DNA of 51,639 nt from positions 1 through 51,639 of the forward strand of contig JAUCBJ010003856.1 in assembly GCA_032718475.1 (NCBI GenBank), written 5' to 3'. Below, piece by piece: positions 22,036-35,522 of the stretch (position 1 is its first letter; the number at the start of each line of letters is the position of its first letter). The notes beneath the pieces are model-generated. The model did no database searches, was not told the origin of the DNA, and saw nothing but the letters and a program-made list of their open reading frames with translations. Origin of the DNA: Nemertoderma westbladi. Taxonomy: Eukaryota > Animalia > Xenacoelomorpha. A program made the position numbers and the translations under genes.

Positions 22036-25000
22036 AGTACCCGGAGTCATGGATAAAAAGCACCAGAAAAGTCATATAAACCACTAGAAGTTAGGAAAGC
22101 AAAGGCAAAGGTAGCTGTACCAAAAATGGATAATATCTGGAAATAAGACCTATCTCGGCACATGAACAAGTTCTTTCGAGCACACAGTGGAAAATGTAAT
22201 TTTTTACGGGGGTGAGACCAGGACACTGACAAAATTCTTTGGACAAAGAATTGCTGGTTACTATTGTTATCTTTAATTAATATAATAAACCGGCTAAAGA
22301 CCCTCAATACTTTATTTTAATTCTATCATCAATCATCCTTACATTAAGTGTTTATAGCGCTTATTTCTGTCTTATATCCTGTACATATACTAATTCGTTT
22401 ATTGTTTTGGTTAGATTCAGCCTTTCTGTAACCTGTCCGTTTTTGGTGAAAACCTGGTATTCTTCACATGGGGGTAACTGCCTAAGTGATATATAACGGC
22501 AGAAAGTCTGGTATTCTTCACATGGGCCTGTTTAGGGCTATTTTGGTTGTTCATTGTTGCTCGTTGTTGCTCATTGTTGCTCATTGTTGCTCGTTGTTGC
22601 TCATTGTTACTCGTTGTTGTACTTCATTATTGCTCATTGTTGATCGTTGTCGCTCATTGTTGCTCGTTGTTGCTCATTGTTGTTCATTGTTGCTCGTTGT
22701 TGTTCATTGTTGCTCGTTGTTGTACTTTATTATTGCTCGTTGTTGCTCATTGTTGATCGTTGTTGCTCATTGTTGCTCGTTATTGCTCATTGTTGCTCAT
22801 TGTTACTCGTTGTTGCACTTTATTATTGCTCGTTGTTGCTCATTGTTGCTCGTTCTTGCTCATTGTTGCTCGTTCTTGCTTTTTGTTGCTCAATGTTGCT
22901 CGTTGTTGCTCATTGTTGCTCGTTGTTGCTCATTGTTGCTCGTTGTTCCTCACTGTTGCTCATTGTTGGTCATTGTTGCTCATTGTTACTCGTTGTTGTA
23001 CATTATTATTGTTCGTTGTTGCTCATTGTTGCTCGTTGTTGCTCATTGTTGCTCGTTGTTGCTCATTGTTTCTCATTGTTGCTCGTTGTTGCTCATTGTT
23101 TCTCGTTGTTGCTCATTGTTGCTCGTTGTTGCTCATTGCTGCTCATTGTTTCTCATTGTTGCTCGTTGTTGCTCATTGTTGCTAGTTGTTGCTCATTGTT
23201 GCTCGTTGTTGGTCATTGTTGCTCGTTGTTGCTCATTGCTGCTCATTGTTGCTCATTGTTGCTCATTGTTGCTCGTTGTTGCTCATTGTTGCTCGACGTT
23301 GGTCATTGTTGCTCATTGTTACTCGCTGTTGTACTTTATATTGCTCGTTGTTGCTCATTGTTGCTCATTGTTGCTCGTTGTTGCTCATTGTTGCTCGTTG
23401 TTGCTCATTGTTGCCCATTGTTGCTCGTTGTTGCTCATTGTTGCTCATTGTTGCCCTTTGTTGCTCATTGTTGCTCATTGTTACTCGTTGTTGCACTTTA
23501 TTATTGCTCGTTGTTGCTCATTGTTGCTCGTTCTTGCTCATTGTTGCTCAATGTTGCTCGTTGTTGCTCATTGTTGCTCGTTGATGCTCATTGTTGCTCG
23601 TTGTTGCTCATTGTTGCTCGTTGTTGGTCATTGTTGCTCATTGTTACTCGTTTTTGTACATTATTATTGTTCGTTGTTCCTCATTGTTGCTTGTTGTTGT
23701 TCATTGTTGCTCGTTGTTGCTCATTGTTGCCCATTGTTGCTCGTTGTTGCTCGTTGTTGCTCATTGTTGCCCATTATTGCTCGTTGTTGCTCATTGTTGC
23801 TCATTGTTGCTCATTGTTACTCGTTTTTGTACATTATTATTGTTCGTTGTTGCTCATTGTTGCTCGTTTTTGCTCATTGTTGCTCGTTGTTGCTCATTGT
23901 TGCTCGTTGTTGCTCATTGTTGCTCGTTGTTGCTCATTGTTGCTCGTTGTTGCTCGTTGTTGCTCATTGCTGCTCATTGTTTTTCATTGTTACTCGTTGT
24001 TGCTCATTGTTGCTCGTTGTTGCTCATTGTTGCTCGTTGTTGCTCATTGTTGCTCGTTGTTGGTCATTGGTGCTCATTGTTACTCGATGTTGTACTTTAT
24101 TATTGCTCGTTGTTCCTCATTGTTGCTCGTTGTTGCTGCTCATTGTTGCTTGTTATTGTTCATTGTTGCTCGTTGTTGCTCATTGTTGCCCATTGTTGCT
24201 CGTTGTTGCTCGTTGTTGCTCGTTGTTGCTCATTGTTGCCCATTGTTGCTCGTTATTGCTCATTGTTTGTCGTTGTTGCTCGTTGTTGCTCATTGTTGCT
24301 CATTGTTTCTCATTGTCGCTCGTTGTTGCTCATTTTTTCTCGTTGTTGCTCATTGTTGGTCATTGTTGCTCATTGTTACTCGCTGTTGTACTTTATTATT
24401 GCTCGTTGTTGCTCATTGTTGCTCGTTGTTGGTCATTGTTACTCGTTGTTGTACTTTATTATTGCTCGTTGTTGCTCATTGTTGCTCGTTGTTGCTCATT
24501 GTTGTTCATTGTTGCTCGTTGTTGTTCATTGTTGCTCGTTGTTGCTCATTGTTACTCGTTGTTGTACTTTATTATTGCTCGTTGTTGCTCATTGTTGATC
24601 GTTGTTGCTCATTGTTGCTCGTTGTTGCTCATTGTTGCTCATTGTTGCTCTTTGTTGCTCATTGCTACTCATTGTTGCACTTTATTATTGCTCGTTGGTG
24701 CTCATTGTTGCTCGTTGTTGCTCGTTGTTGCTCATTGTTTGTCGTTCTTGCTTTTTGTTGCTCAATGTTGCTCGTTGTTGCTCATTGTTGCTCGTTGTTG
24801 CTCATTGTTGCTCGTTGTTCCTCACTGTTGCTCATTGTTGGTCATTGTTGCTCATTGTTACTCGTTGTTGTACATTATTATTGTTCGTTGTTGCTCATTG
24901 TTGCTCGTTGTTGCTCATTGTTGCTCGTTGTTGCTCATTGTTTCTCATTGTTGCTCGTTGTTGCTCATTGTTGCTCGTTGTTGCTCATTGTTGCTCGTTG

Positions 25001-27046
25001 TTGCTCATTGCTGCTCATTGTTTCTCATTGTTGCTCGTTGTTGCTCATTGTTGCTAGTTGTTGCTCATTGTTGCTCGTTGTTGGTCATTGTTGCTCGTTG
25101 TTGCTCATTGCTGCTCATTGTTTCTCATTGTTGCTCGTTGTTGCTCATTGTTGCTCGTTGTTGCTCATTGTTGCTCGAAGTTGGTCATTGTTGCTCATTG
25201 TTACTCACTGTTGTACTTTATATTGCTCGTTGTTGCTCATTGTTGCTCGTTGTGGCTCATTGTTGCTCGTTGTTGCTCGTTGTTGCTCATTGTTGCCCAG
25301 TGTTGCTCGTTGTTGCTCGTTGTTGCTCATTGTTGCTCATTGTTGCCCTTTGTTGCTCATTGTTGCTCATTGTTACTCGTTGTTGCACTTTATTATTGCT
25401 CGTTGTTGCTCATTGTTGCTCGTTGTTGCTCATTGTTGCTCGTTGTTGCTCATTGTTGCTCGTTCTTGCTCATTGTTGCTCAATGTTGCTCGTTGTTGCT
25501 CATTGTTGCTCGTTGTTGCTCATTGTTGCTCGTTGTTGCTCATTGTTGCTCGTTGTTGGTCAATGTTGCTCATTGTTACTCGTTTTTGTACATTATTATT
25601 TTTCGTTGTTCCTCATTGTTGCTTGTTGTTGTTCATTGTTGCTCGTTGTTGCTCATTGTTGCCCATTGTTGCTCGTTGTTGCTCATTGTTGCCCATTGTT
25701 GCTCGTTGTTGCTCATTGTTGCTCGTTGTTGCTGATTGTTGCTCATTGTTGCTCATTGTTACTCGTTTTTGTACATTATTATTGTTCGTTGTTGCTCATT
25801 GTTGCTCGATTTTGCTCATTGTTTCTCGTTGTTGCTCATTGTTGCTCGTTGTTGCTCATTGTTGCTCGTTCTTGCTCATTGTTGCTCGTGTTGCTCGTTG
25901 TTGCTCATTGCTGCTCATTGTTTTTCATTGTTGCTCGTTGTTGCTCATTGTTGCTCGTTGTTGCTCATTGTTGCTCGTTGTTGCTCATTGTTGCTCGTTG
26001 TTGGTCATTGGTGCTCATTGTTACTCGCTGTTGTACTTTAGTATTGCTCGTTGTTCCTCATTGTTGCTCGTTGTTGCTCATTGTTGCTTGTTATTGTTCA
26101 TTGTTGCTCGTTGTTGCTCATTGTTGCCCATTGTTGCTCGTTGTTGCTCGTTGTTGCTCATTGTTGCCCATGGTTGCTCGTTATTGCTCATTGTTTGTCG
26201 TTGTTGCTCGTTGTTGCTCATTGTTGCTCATTGCTGCTCATTGTTGCTCGTTGTTTCTCATTGTTGCTCGTTGTTGCTCATTTTTTCTCGTTGTTGCTCA
26301 TTGTTGGTCATTGTTACTCATTGTTACTCGCTGTTGTACTTTATTATTGCTCGTTGTTGCTCATTGTTGCTCGTTGTTGCTTATTTTTGCTCGTTGTTGC
26401 TCGTTGTTGCACATTGTTGCCCATTGTTGCTCGTTGTTGCTCATTGTTCCCCATTGTTGCTCGTTGTTGCTCATTGTTTCTCATTGTTGCTCGTTGTTGC
26501 TCATTTTTGCTCGTTGTTGCTCATTGTTTCTCGTTGTTGGTCATTGTTGCTCATTGTTACTCGCTGTTGTACTTTATTATTGCTTGTTGTTGCTCATTGT
26601 TGCTCGTTGTTGCTCATTGCTGCTCGTTGTTGCTCATTGTTGCTCGTTGTTGCTCATTGCTGCTCATTTTTTCTCATTGTTGCTCGTTGTTGCTCATTGT
26701 TGCTCGTTGTTGCTCGTTGTTGGTCATTGTTGCTCGTTGTTGCTCATTGCTGCTCATTATTTCTCATTGTTGATCGTTGTTGCTCATTGTTGCTCGTTGT
26801 TGGTCATTGTTGCTCGTTGTTGTTCATTGTTGCTCATTGTTACTCGCTGTTGTACTTTATTATTGCTCGTTGTTGCTCATTGTTGCTCGTTGTTGCTCAT
26901 TGTTGCTCGTTGTTGCTCATTGTTGCTCGTTGTTGCTCGTTGTTTCTCATTGATGCTCATTGTTGCCCTTTGTTGGTCATTGTTGCTCATTGTTACTCGC
27001 TGTTGTACTTTATTATTGCTCGTTGTTGCTCATTGTTGCTCGTTGT

Positions 27047-27624
27047 TGTGACGGGATCAGGGGATCCCGACCGGTTTATTGCGTTACGCGTCACCGTATT
27101 GTTTGTTGAGAAAATAATAGTTTGTTGTTGTTATCGCCTTTGATGTTGATATAGACTAGCTGATATAATATATATGATAGCACAGTTGACGGTTTATGGG
27201 GATAGTCAGATAATGAATGTTATACCGGTATTATGGTGACGGTACGAAAATGTCACCGATCTGCACTGGATGACTGAAATGATCTGACCGGCAATATAAT
27301 ATATATATTGGTTATTCCTACATTACTTTGGCATCCCTATCTAGCGGATGCTTTCTTCGCCCTTATTGGCTAGTATCTTAATTCTTGGCTCCCACCTCTG
27401 TGGGAGTGCTTCCCCCCCCCCCCCCCCCGTTGCTGTTACTTCCCCTCTCGAGGTAGTTTGACCTCTAATCTCTTTTTGTGTGTGGCTTTCGGGGCCGTGT
27501 GTTGCCCCCGTTATTGGGGGTGATACGATATTAATTGTGATTAACCTCGTATCCCCAATATTGCTGAAAAGGCGCCACTTCCCAACTTTATGGGGATAGT
27601 GAGGCGGAATTGAATCCGCTCACA
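27047..27624 (-). mobile_element. Solo LTR (family related to the 4211/9328 LTRs), TSD GTTGT
   Basis: Starts TGTGACGGGATC and ends GAATTGAATCCGCTCACA, with GTTGT on both sides. It shares blocks (ATTGGCTAGT, TGTGGGAGTG-polyC-GCTGTTACT, TTATTGGGG...CCCAATATTGC) with the first LTR family. Confidence 0.9.
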
Positions 27625-30286
27625 GTTGTTGCTCATTGTTGCTCGTTGTTGCTCATTGTTGCTCGTTGTTGCTCGTTGTTTCTCATTGTTGCCCATTGTT
27701 GCTCGTTGTTGCTCATTGTTGCTCGTTGTTGCTCGTTGTTTCTCATTGTTGCCCATTGTTGCTCGTTGTTGCTCGTTGTTGCTCATTGTTGCTCGTTGTT
27801 GCTCATTGTTGCTCGTTCTTGCTCATTGTTGCTCAATATTGCTCGTTGTTGCTCATTATTGCTCGTTGTTGCTCATTGTTGCTCATTGTTGCTCGTTGTT
27901 GGTCATTGTTGCTCATTGTTACTCGTTTTTGTACATTATTATTGTTCGTTCTTGCTCATTGTTGCTCGTTTTTGCTTATTGTTGCTCGTTGTTGCTCATT
28001 GTTGCTCGTTGTTGCTCATTGTTGCTCGTTGTTGCTCATTGCTGCTCATTGTTTTTCATTGTTGCTCGTTGTTGCTCATTGTTGCTCGTTGTTGCTCATT
28101 GTTGCTCGTTGTTGGTCATTGTTGCTCATTGTTACTCGCTGTTGTACTTTATTATTGCTCGTTGTTCCTCATTGTTGCTCGTTGTTGCTCATTGTTGCCC
28201 ATTGTTGCTCGTTGTTGCTCGTTGTTGCTCATTGTTGCCCATTGTTGCTCGCTGTTGCTCATTGTTGGTCGTTGTTGCTCGTTCTTGCTCATTGTTGCTC
28301 ATTGTTGCTCATTATTTCTCATTGTTGCTCGTTGTTGCTCATTGTTGCTTGTTGTTGTTCATTGTTGCTCGTTGTTGCTCATTGTTGCCCATTGTTGCTC
28401 GTTGTTGCTCATTGTTGCCCATTGTTGCTCGCTGTTGCTCATTGTTGGTCGTTGTTGCTCGTTGTTGCTCATTGTTGCTTATTGTTTCTCATTTTTGCTC
28501 GTTGTTGCTCATTATTGGTCATTGTTGCTCATTGTTACTCGCTGTTGTACTTTATTATTGCTCGTTGTTGCCCATTGTTGCTCGCTGTTGCTCATTGTTG
28601 GTCGTTGTTGCTCGTTGTTGCTCATTGTTGCTTATTGTTTCTCATTTTTGCTCGTTGTTGCTCATTATTGGTCATTGTTGCTCATTGTTACTCGCTGTTG
28701 TACTTTATTATTGCTCGTTGTTGCTCATTGTTGCTCGTTGTTGCTCATTGTTGCTCGTTGTTGCTCATTGTTGCTCATTGTTGCCCATTGTTGCTCGTTG
28801 TTGCTCATTGTTGATCGTTGTTGCTCATTGTTGCTCGTTATTGCTCGTTGTTGCTCGTTGTTGCTCGTTGTTGCTCGTTGTTGCTCGTTGTTGCTCGTTG
28901 TTGCTCATTGTTGCTCGTTGTTGCTCGTTGTTGCTCATTGTTGCCCATTGTTGCTCGTTGTTGCTCATTGTTGCTCATTGTTTCCCATTGTTGCTCGTTG
29001 TTGCTCATTGTTGCTCGATTTTGCTCATTGTTTCTCGTTGTTGCTCATTGTTGCTCGTTGTTGCTCATTGTTGCTCGTTGTTGCTCATTGTTGCTCGTTG
29101 TTGCTCGTTGTTGCTCATTGCTGCTCATTGTTTTTCATTGTTGCTCGTTGTTGCTCATTGTTGCTCGTTGTTGGTCATTGTTGCTCGTTGTTGCTCATTG
29201 TTGCTCGTTGTTGGTCATTGGTGCTCATTGTTACTCGCTGTTGTACTTTAGTATTGCTCGTTGTTCCTCATTGTTGCTCGTTGTTGCTCATTGTTGCTTG
29301 TTATTGTTCATTGTTGCTCGTTGTTGCTCATTGTTGCCCATTGTTGCTCGTTGTTGCTCGTTGTTGCTCATTGTTGCCCATTGTTGCTCGTTATTGCTCA
29401 TTGTTTGTCGTTGTTGCTCGTTGTTGCTCATTGTTGCTCATTGCTGCTCATTGTTGCTCGTTGTTTCTCATTGTTGCTCGTTGTTGCTCATTTTTTCTCG
29501 TTGTTGCTCATTGTTGGTCATTGTTACTCATTGTTACTCGCTGTTGTACTTTATTATTGCTCGTTGTTGCTCATTGTTGCTCGTTGTTGCTCATTTTTGC
29601 TCGTTGTTGCTCGTTGTTGCACATTGTTGCCCATTGTTGCTCGTTGTTGCTCGTTGTTGCTCATTGTTCCCCATTGTTGCTCGTTGTTGCTCATTGTTTC
29701 TCATTGTTGCTCGTTGTTGCTCATTTTTGCTCGTTGTTGCTCATTGTTTCTCGTTGTTGGTCATTGTTGCTCATTGTTACTCGCTGTTGTACTTTATTAT
29801 TGCTTGTTGTTGCTCATTGTTGCTCGTTGTTGCTCATTGCTGCTCGTTGTTGCTCATTGTTGCTCGTTGTTGCTCATTGCTGCTCATTTTTTCTCATTGT
29901 TGCTCGTTGTTGCTCATTGTTGCTCGTTGTTTCTCGTTGTTGGTCATTGTTGCTCGTTGTTGCTCATTGCTGCTCATTATTTCTCATTGTTGATCATTGT
30001 TGCTCATTGTTGCTCGTTGTTGGTCATTGTTGCTCGTTGTTGGTCATTGTTGCTCGTTGTTGTTCATTGTTGCTCATTGTTACTCGCTGTTGTACTTTAT
30101 TATTGCTCGTTGTTGCTCATTGTTGCTCGTTGTTGCTCATTGTTGCTCGTTGTTGTTCATTGTTGCTCGTTGTTGCTCGTTGTTTCTCATTGATGCTCAT
30201 TGTTGCCCTTTGTTGGTCATTGTTGCTCATTGTTACTCGCTGTTGTACTTTATTATTGCTCGTTGTTGCTCATTGTTGCTCGTTGT

Positions 30287-30865
30287 TGTGACGGGATCAG
30301 GGGATCCCGACCGGTTTATTGCGTTACGCGTCACCGTATTGTTTGTTGAGAAAATAATAGTTTGTTGTTGTTATCGCCTTTGATGTTGATATAGACTAGC
30401 TGATATAATATATATGATAGCACAGTTGACGGTTTATGGGGATAGTCAGATAATGAATGTTATACCGGTATTATGGTGACGGTACGAAAATGTCACCGAT
30501 CTGCACTGGATGACTGAAATGATCTGACCGGCAATATAATATATATATTGGTTATTCCTACATTACTTTGGCATCCCTATCTAGCGGATGCTTTCTTCGC
30601 CCTTATTGGCTAGTATCTTAATTCTTGGCTCCCACCTCTGTGGGAGTGCTTCCCCCCCCCCCCCCCCCCGCTGCTGTTACTTCCCCTCTCGAGGTAGTTT
30701 GACCTCTAATCTCTTTTTGTGTGTTGCTTTCGGGGCCGTGTGTTGCCCCCGTTATTGGGGGTGATACGATATTAATTGTGATTAACCTCGTATCCCCAAT
30801 ATTGCTGAAAAGGCGCCACTTCCCAACTTTATGGGGATAGTGAGGCGGAATTGAATCCGCTCACA
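30287..30865 (-). mobile_element. Second copy of the solo LTR with the same flanks
   Basis: Nearly identical to 27047-27624, offset by 3240 bp, with the same GTTGT TSD and the same satellite variants on both sides. Confidence 0.9.
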
Positions 30866-33800
30866 GTTGTTGCTCATTGTTGCTCGTTGTTGCTCATTGT
30901 TGCTCGTTGTTGCTCGTTGTTTCTCATTGTTGCCCATTGTTGCTCGTTGGTGCTCGTTGTTGCTCATTGTTGCTCGTTGTTGCTCATTGTTGCTCGTTCT
31001 TGCTCATTGTTGCTCAATATTGCTCGTTGTTGCTCATTGTTGCTCGTTGTTGCTCATTGTTGCTCATTGTTGCTCGTTGTTGGTCATTGTTGCTCATTGT
31101 TACTCGTTTTTGTACATTATTATTGTTCGTTCTTGCTCATTGTTGCTCGTTTTTGCTTATTGTTGCTCATTGTTGCTCGTTGTTGCTCATTGTTGCTCGT
31201 TGTTGCTCCTGGCTGCTCATTGTTTTTCATTGTTGCTCGTTGTTGCTCATTGTTGCTCGTTGTTGCTCATTGTTGCTCGTTGTTGGTCATTGTTGCTCAT
31301 TGTTACTCGCTGTTGTACTTTATTATTGCTCGTTGTTCCTCATTGTTGCTCGTTGTTGCTCATTGTTGCCCATTGTTGCTCGTTGTTGCTCGTTGTTGCT
31401 CATTGTTGCCCATTGTTGCTCGCTGTTGCTCATTGTTGGTCGTTGTTGCTCGTTCTTGCTCATTGTTGCTCATTGTTGCTCATTGTTTCTCATTGTTGCT
31501 CGTTGTTGCTCATTGTTGCTTGTTGTTGTTCATTGTTGCTCGTTGTTGCTCATTGTTGCCCATTGTTGCTCGTTGTTGCTCGTTGTTGCTCATTGTAGCC
31601 CATTGTTGCTCGCTGTTGCTCATTGTTGGTCGTTGTTGCTCGTTGTTGCTCATTGTTGCTTATTGTTTCTCATTTTTGCTCGTTGTTGCTCATTATTGGT
31701 CATTGTTGCTCATTGTTACTCGCTGTTGTACTTTATTATTGCTCGTTGTTGCTCATTGTTGCTCGTTGTTGCTCATTGTTGCTCGTTGTTGCTCATTGTT
31801 GCTCATTGTTGCCCATTGTTGCTCGTTGTTGCTCATTGTTGCTCGTTGTTGCTCATTGTTGCTCGTTATTGCTCGTTATTGCTCGTTGTTGCTCGTTGTT
31901 GCTCGTTGTTGCTCGTTGTTGCTCGTTGTTGCTCATTGTTGCTCGTTGTTGCTCGTTGTTGCTCATTGTTGCCCATTGTTGCTCGTTGTTGCTCATTGTT
32001 GCTCATTGTTGCCCATTGTTGCTCGTTGTTGCTCATTGTTGCTCGTTGTTGCTCGTTGTTGCTCGTTGTTGCTCGTTGTTGTTCATTGTTGCTCGTTGTT
32101 GCTCGTTGTGGCTCATTGTTGCCCATTGTTGCTCGTTGTTGCTCATTGTTGATCGTTGTTGCTCGTTGTTGCTCATTGTTGCCCATTGTTGCTCGCTGTT
32201 GCTCAGTGTTGGTCGTTGTTGCTCATTGTTGCTCGTTGTTGCTCGTTGTTGCTCATTGTTGCCCATTGTTGCTCGTTGTTGCTCATTGTTGATCGTTGTT
32301 GCTCGTTGTTGCTCATTGTTGCCCATTGTTGCTCGCTGTTGCTCATTGTTGGTCGATGTTGCTCGTTGTTGCTCATTGTTTCTCATTGTTTCTCATTTTT
32401 GCTCGTTGTTGCTCATTGTTGGTCATTGTTGCTCATTGTTACTCGCTGTTGTACTTTATTATTGCTCGTTGTTGCTCATTGTTGCTCGTTGTTGCTCATT
32501 GTTGCTCGTTGTTGCTCATTGTTGCTCATTGTTGCCCATTGTTGCTCGTTGTTGCTCATTGTTGCTCGTTGTTGCTCATTGTTGCTCGTTGTTGCTCGTT
32601 GTTGCTCGTTGTTGCTCATTGTTGCTTGTTGTTGTTCATTGTTGCTCGTTGTTGCTCATTGTTGCCCATTGTTGCTCGTTGTTGCTCGTTGTTGCTCATT
32701 GTTGGTCATTGTTGCTCATTGTTACTCGCTGTTGTACTTTATTATTGCTCGTTGTTGCTCATTGTTGCTTGTTGTTGCTCATTGTTGCTCGTTGTTGCTC
32801 GTTGTTGCTCATTGTTGCTCATTGTTGCCCATTGTTGCTCGTTGTTGCTCATTGTTGCTCGTTGTTGCTCATTGTTGCTCGTTGTTGCTCGTTGTTGCTC
32901 ATTGTTGATCGTTGTTGCTCGTTGTTGCTCATTGTTGCTCATTGTTGCTCATTGTTTCTCATTGTTGCTCGTTGTTGCTCATTGTTGCTTGTTGTTGTTC
33001 ATTGTTGCTCGTTGTTGCTCATTATTGCCCATTGTTGCTCGTTGTTGCTCGTTGTTGCTCATTGTTGCCCATTATTGCTCGCTGTTGCTCATTGTTGGTC
33101 GTTGTTGCTCGTTGTTGCTCATTGTTGCTCATTGTTTCTCATTTTTGCTCGTTGTTGCTCATTGTAGGTCATTGTTGCTCATTGTTACTCGCTGTTGTAC
33201 TTTATTATTGCTCGTTGTTGCTCATTGTTGCTCGTTGTTGCTCATTGTTGCTCGTTGTTGCTCGTTGTTGCCCATTGTTGCTCATTGTTGCCCATTGTTG
33301 CTCGTTGTTGCTCATTGTTGCTCGTTGTTGCTCATTGTTGCTCGTTGTTGCTCGTTGTTGCTCGTTGTTGCTCGTTGTTGCTCGTTGTTGCTCGTTGTTG
33401 CTCATTGTTGCTCGTTGTTGCTCGTTGTTGCTCATTGTTGCTCGTTGTTGCTCGTTGTTGCTCATTGTTGCCCATTGTTGCTCGTTGTTGCTCATTGTTG
33501 CTCATTGTTGCCCATTGTTGCTCGTTGTTGCTCATTGTTGCTTGTTGTTGTTCATTGTTGCTCGTTGTTGCTCATTGTTGCCCATTGTTGCTCGTTGTTG
33601 CTTATTGTTGCCCATTGTTGCTCGCTTTTAATCATTTTTGGTCGTTGTTGCTCGTTGTTGCTCATTGTTGCTCATTGTTGCTCATTGTTTCTCATTGTTG
33701 CTCGTTGTTGCTCATTGTTGCTTGTTGTTGTTCATTGTTGCTCGTTGTTGCTCATTGTTGCCCATTGTTGCTCGTTGTTGCTCGTTGTTGCTCATTGTTG

Positions 33801-34802
33801 CCCATTGTTGCTCGCTGTTGCTCATTGTTGGTCGTTGTTGCTCGTTGTTGCTCATTGTTGCTCATTGTTTCTCATTTTTGCTCGTTGTTGCTCATTGTTG
33901 GTCATTGTTGCTCATTGTTACTCGCTGTTGTACTTTATTATTGCTCGTTGTTGCTCATTGTTGCTCGTTGTTGCTCATTGTTGCTCGTTGTTGCTCATTG
34001 TTGCTCATTGTTACCCATTGTTGCACGTTGTTGCTCATTGTTGCTCGTTGTTGCTCATTGTTGCTCGTTGTTGCCCATTGTTGCTCGCTGTTGCTCATTG
34101 TTGGGCGTTGTTGCTCGTTGTTGCTCATTGTTGCTCATTGTTTCTCATTGTTGCTCGTTGTTGCTCATTGTTGCTTGTTGTTGTTCATTGTTGCTCGTTG
34201 TTGCTCATTGTGGCCCATTGTTGCTCGTTGTTGCTCGTTGTTGCTCATTGTTGCCCATTGTTGCTCGCTGTTGCTCATTGTTTGTCGTTGTTGCTCGTTG
34301 TTGCTCATTGTTGCTCATTGTTTCTCATTTTTGCTCGTTGTTGCTCATTGTTGGTCATTGTTGCTCATTGTTACTCGCTGTTGTACTTTATTATTGCTCG
34401 TTGTGGCCATTGTTGCTCGTTGTTGCTCATTGTTGCTCATTGTTGTTCGTTGTTGCTCATTGTTGCTCGTTGTTGCTCGTTGTTGCTCATTGTTGCCCAT
34501 TGTTGCTCGTTGCTGCTCATTGTTGCTCGTTGTTGCTCATTGTTACTCGTTGTTGCTCATTGTTGCACGTTGTTGCTCATTGTTGCTCATTGTTGCTCGT
34601 TGTTGCTCATTGTTGCTCATTGTTGCTCGTTGTTGCTCGTTGTTGCTCGTTGTTGCTCATTGTTGCCCATTGTTGCTCGTTGCTGCTCATTGTTGCTCGT
34701 TGTTGCTCATTGTTGCTCGTTGTTGCTCGTTGTTGCTCGTTGTGCATTTTAGCACCTACCCATTTGTGGGCGATGACTGACTAATTCAAGAGCTTGAGTT
34801 TT

Positions 34803-35522
34803 AGATACTTTTGATTTGATTATTACAATGATAAATTCAAAGTGCAATATTTTGGCAATATATTATACTTTCGACCAATATACAATACCTGCGGTACTCA
34901 ATGGAACAATAATAATACAATAATTAATAAGTTGTAAAACATTATTACATTAATTCTCATCTGTAAGTAAACACCATAGAATAATATTGATAATGATTCC
35001 CTATCTATTTAAAACCAAGACAATAGATTAGCGACTTTCAAAGTCGCGTTACGGCTACTCTGAAAATTAGCCGTAACGCGACTTTCAGTAACGCGACAGT
35101 AGCCTTACCGCCACGGCGCAGTGGCGGTACGGCTAATGTCGCGTTACGGCTAATTTTCATAGTAGCCCTAACGCGACTTTGAAAGTCGCGGTGCGGCTAC
35201 TCAAAAAGTCGCGTTACGGCTAATTGTCGCGTTACGGCTAATCTATTGTCATCAATCATGTTTTACATAGGGAATCATTATTACTATTATTCTATGGTGT
35301 TTACGTATAGATGAGGTCCGAAAAATGTAATGTAATAATGTTTTACAGCATGGGAGTATCCGGGGGGGGGGGGGGATTTTAACTAAAATAACTTAATTTA
35401 TTAATTATTGCATTATTATTGTTGTATTGAGTGCCACAGTACACTACACAGTACCATAGGTATATTGGTCGAAAGTATATCACTTTGAATTTATCATTAT
35501 AATAATGAAATCAAAAGTATCT
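34803..35522. repeat. ~720-bp imperfect foldback (inverted repeat) element
   Basis: The outer ends AGATACTTTTGATTT...TTCAAAGTG / CACTTTGAA...AAATCAAAAGTATCT pair, the centre is CCGCCAC-GGCGCA-GTGGCGG at 35108-35127, and TAGCCGTAACGCGAC motifs occur in both orientations. Confidence 0.85.

Larger units (their letters stand above)
22545..34743. repeat. ~12-kb satellite of 10-bp unit TTGTTGCTC(A/G) with higher-order structure
   Basis: Directly visible; punctuated by the variant TGTACTTTATTATT and interrupted by two solo LTRs. Confidence 0.98.

Noticed and set aside
27047-30865. Apparent full-length LTR element carrying satellite as its internal region
   Set aside because: Each LTR has its own TSD and matching flanks, and there is no PBS or PPT; a tandem duplication of a solo LTR explains it better.
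34740-34765. GCATTTTAGCACCTACCC as a transposon terminus bounding the satellite
   Set aside because: No matching inverted terminus or TSD could be found at the left end of the array.
22486-34784. Very long Cys/Leu/Val-rich ORFs (up to 1521 aa) and NNEQQRAT ORFs
   Set aside because: These are translations of a 10-bp satellite that lacks stop codons; they are open in all three frames with no codon-position bias.
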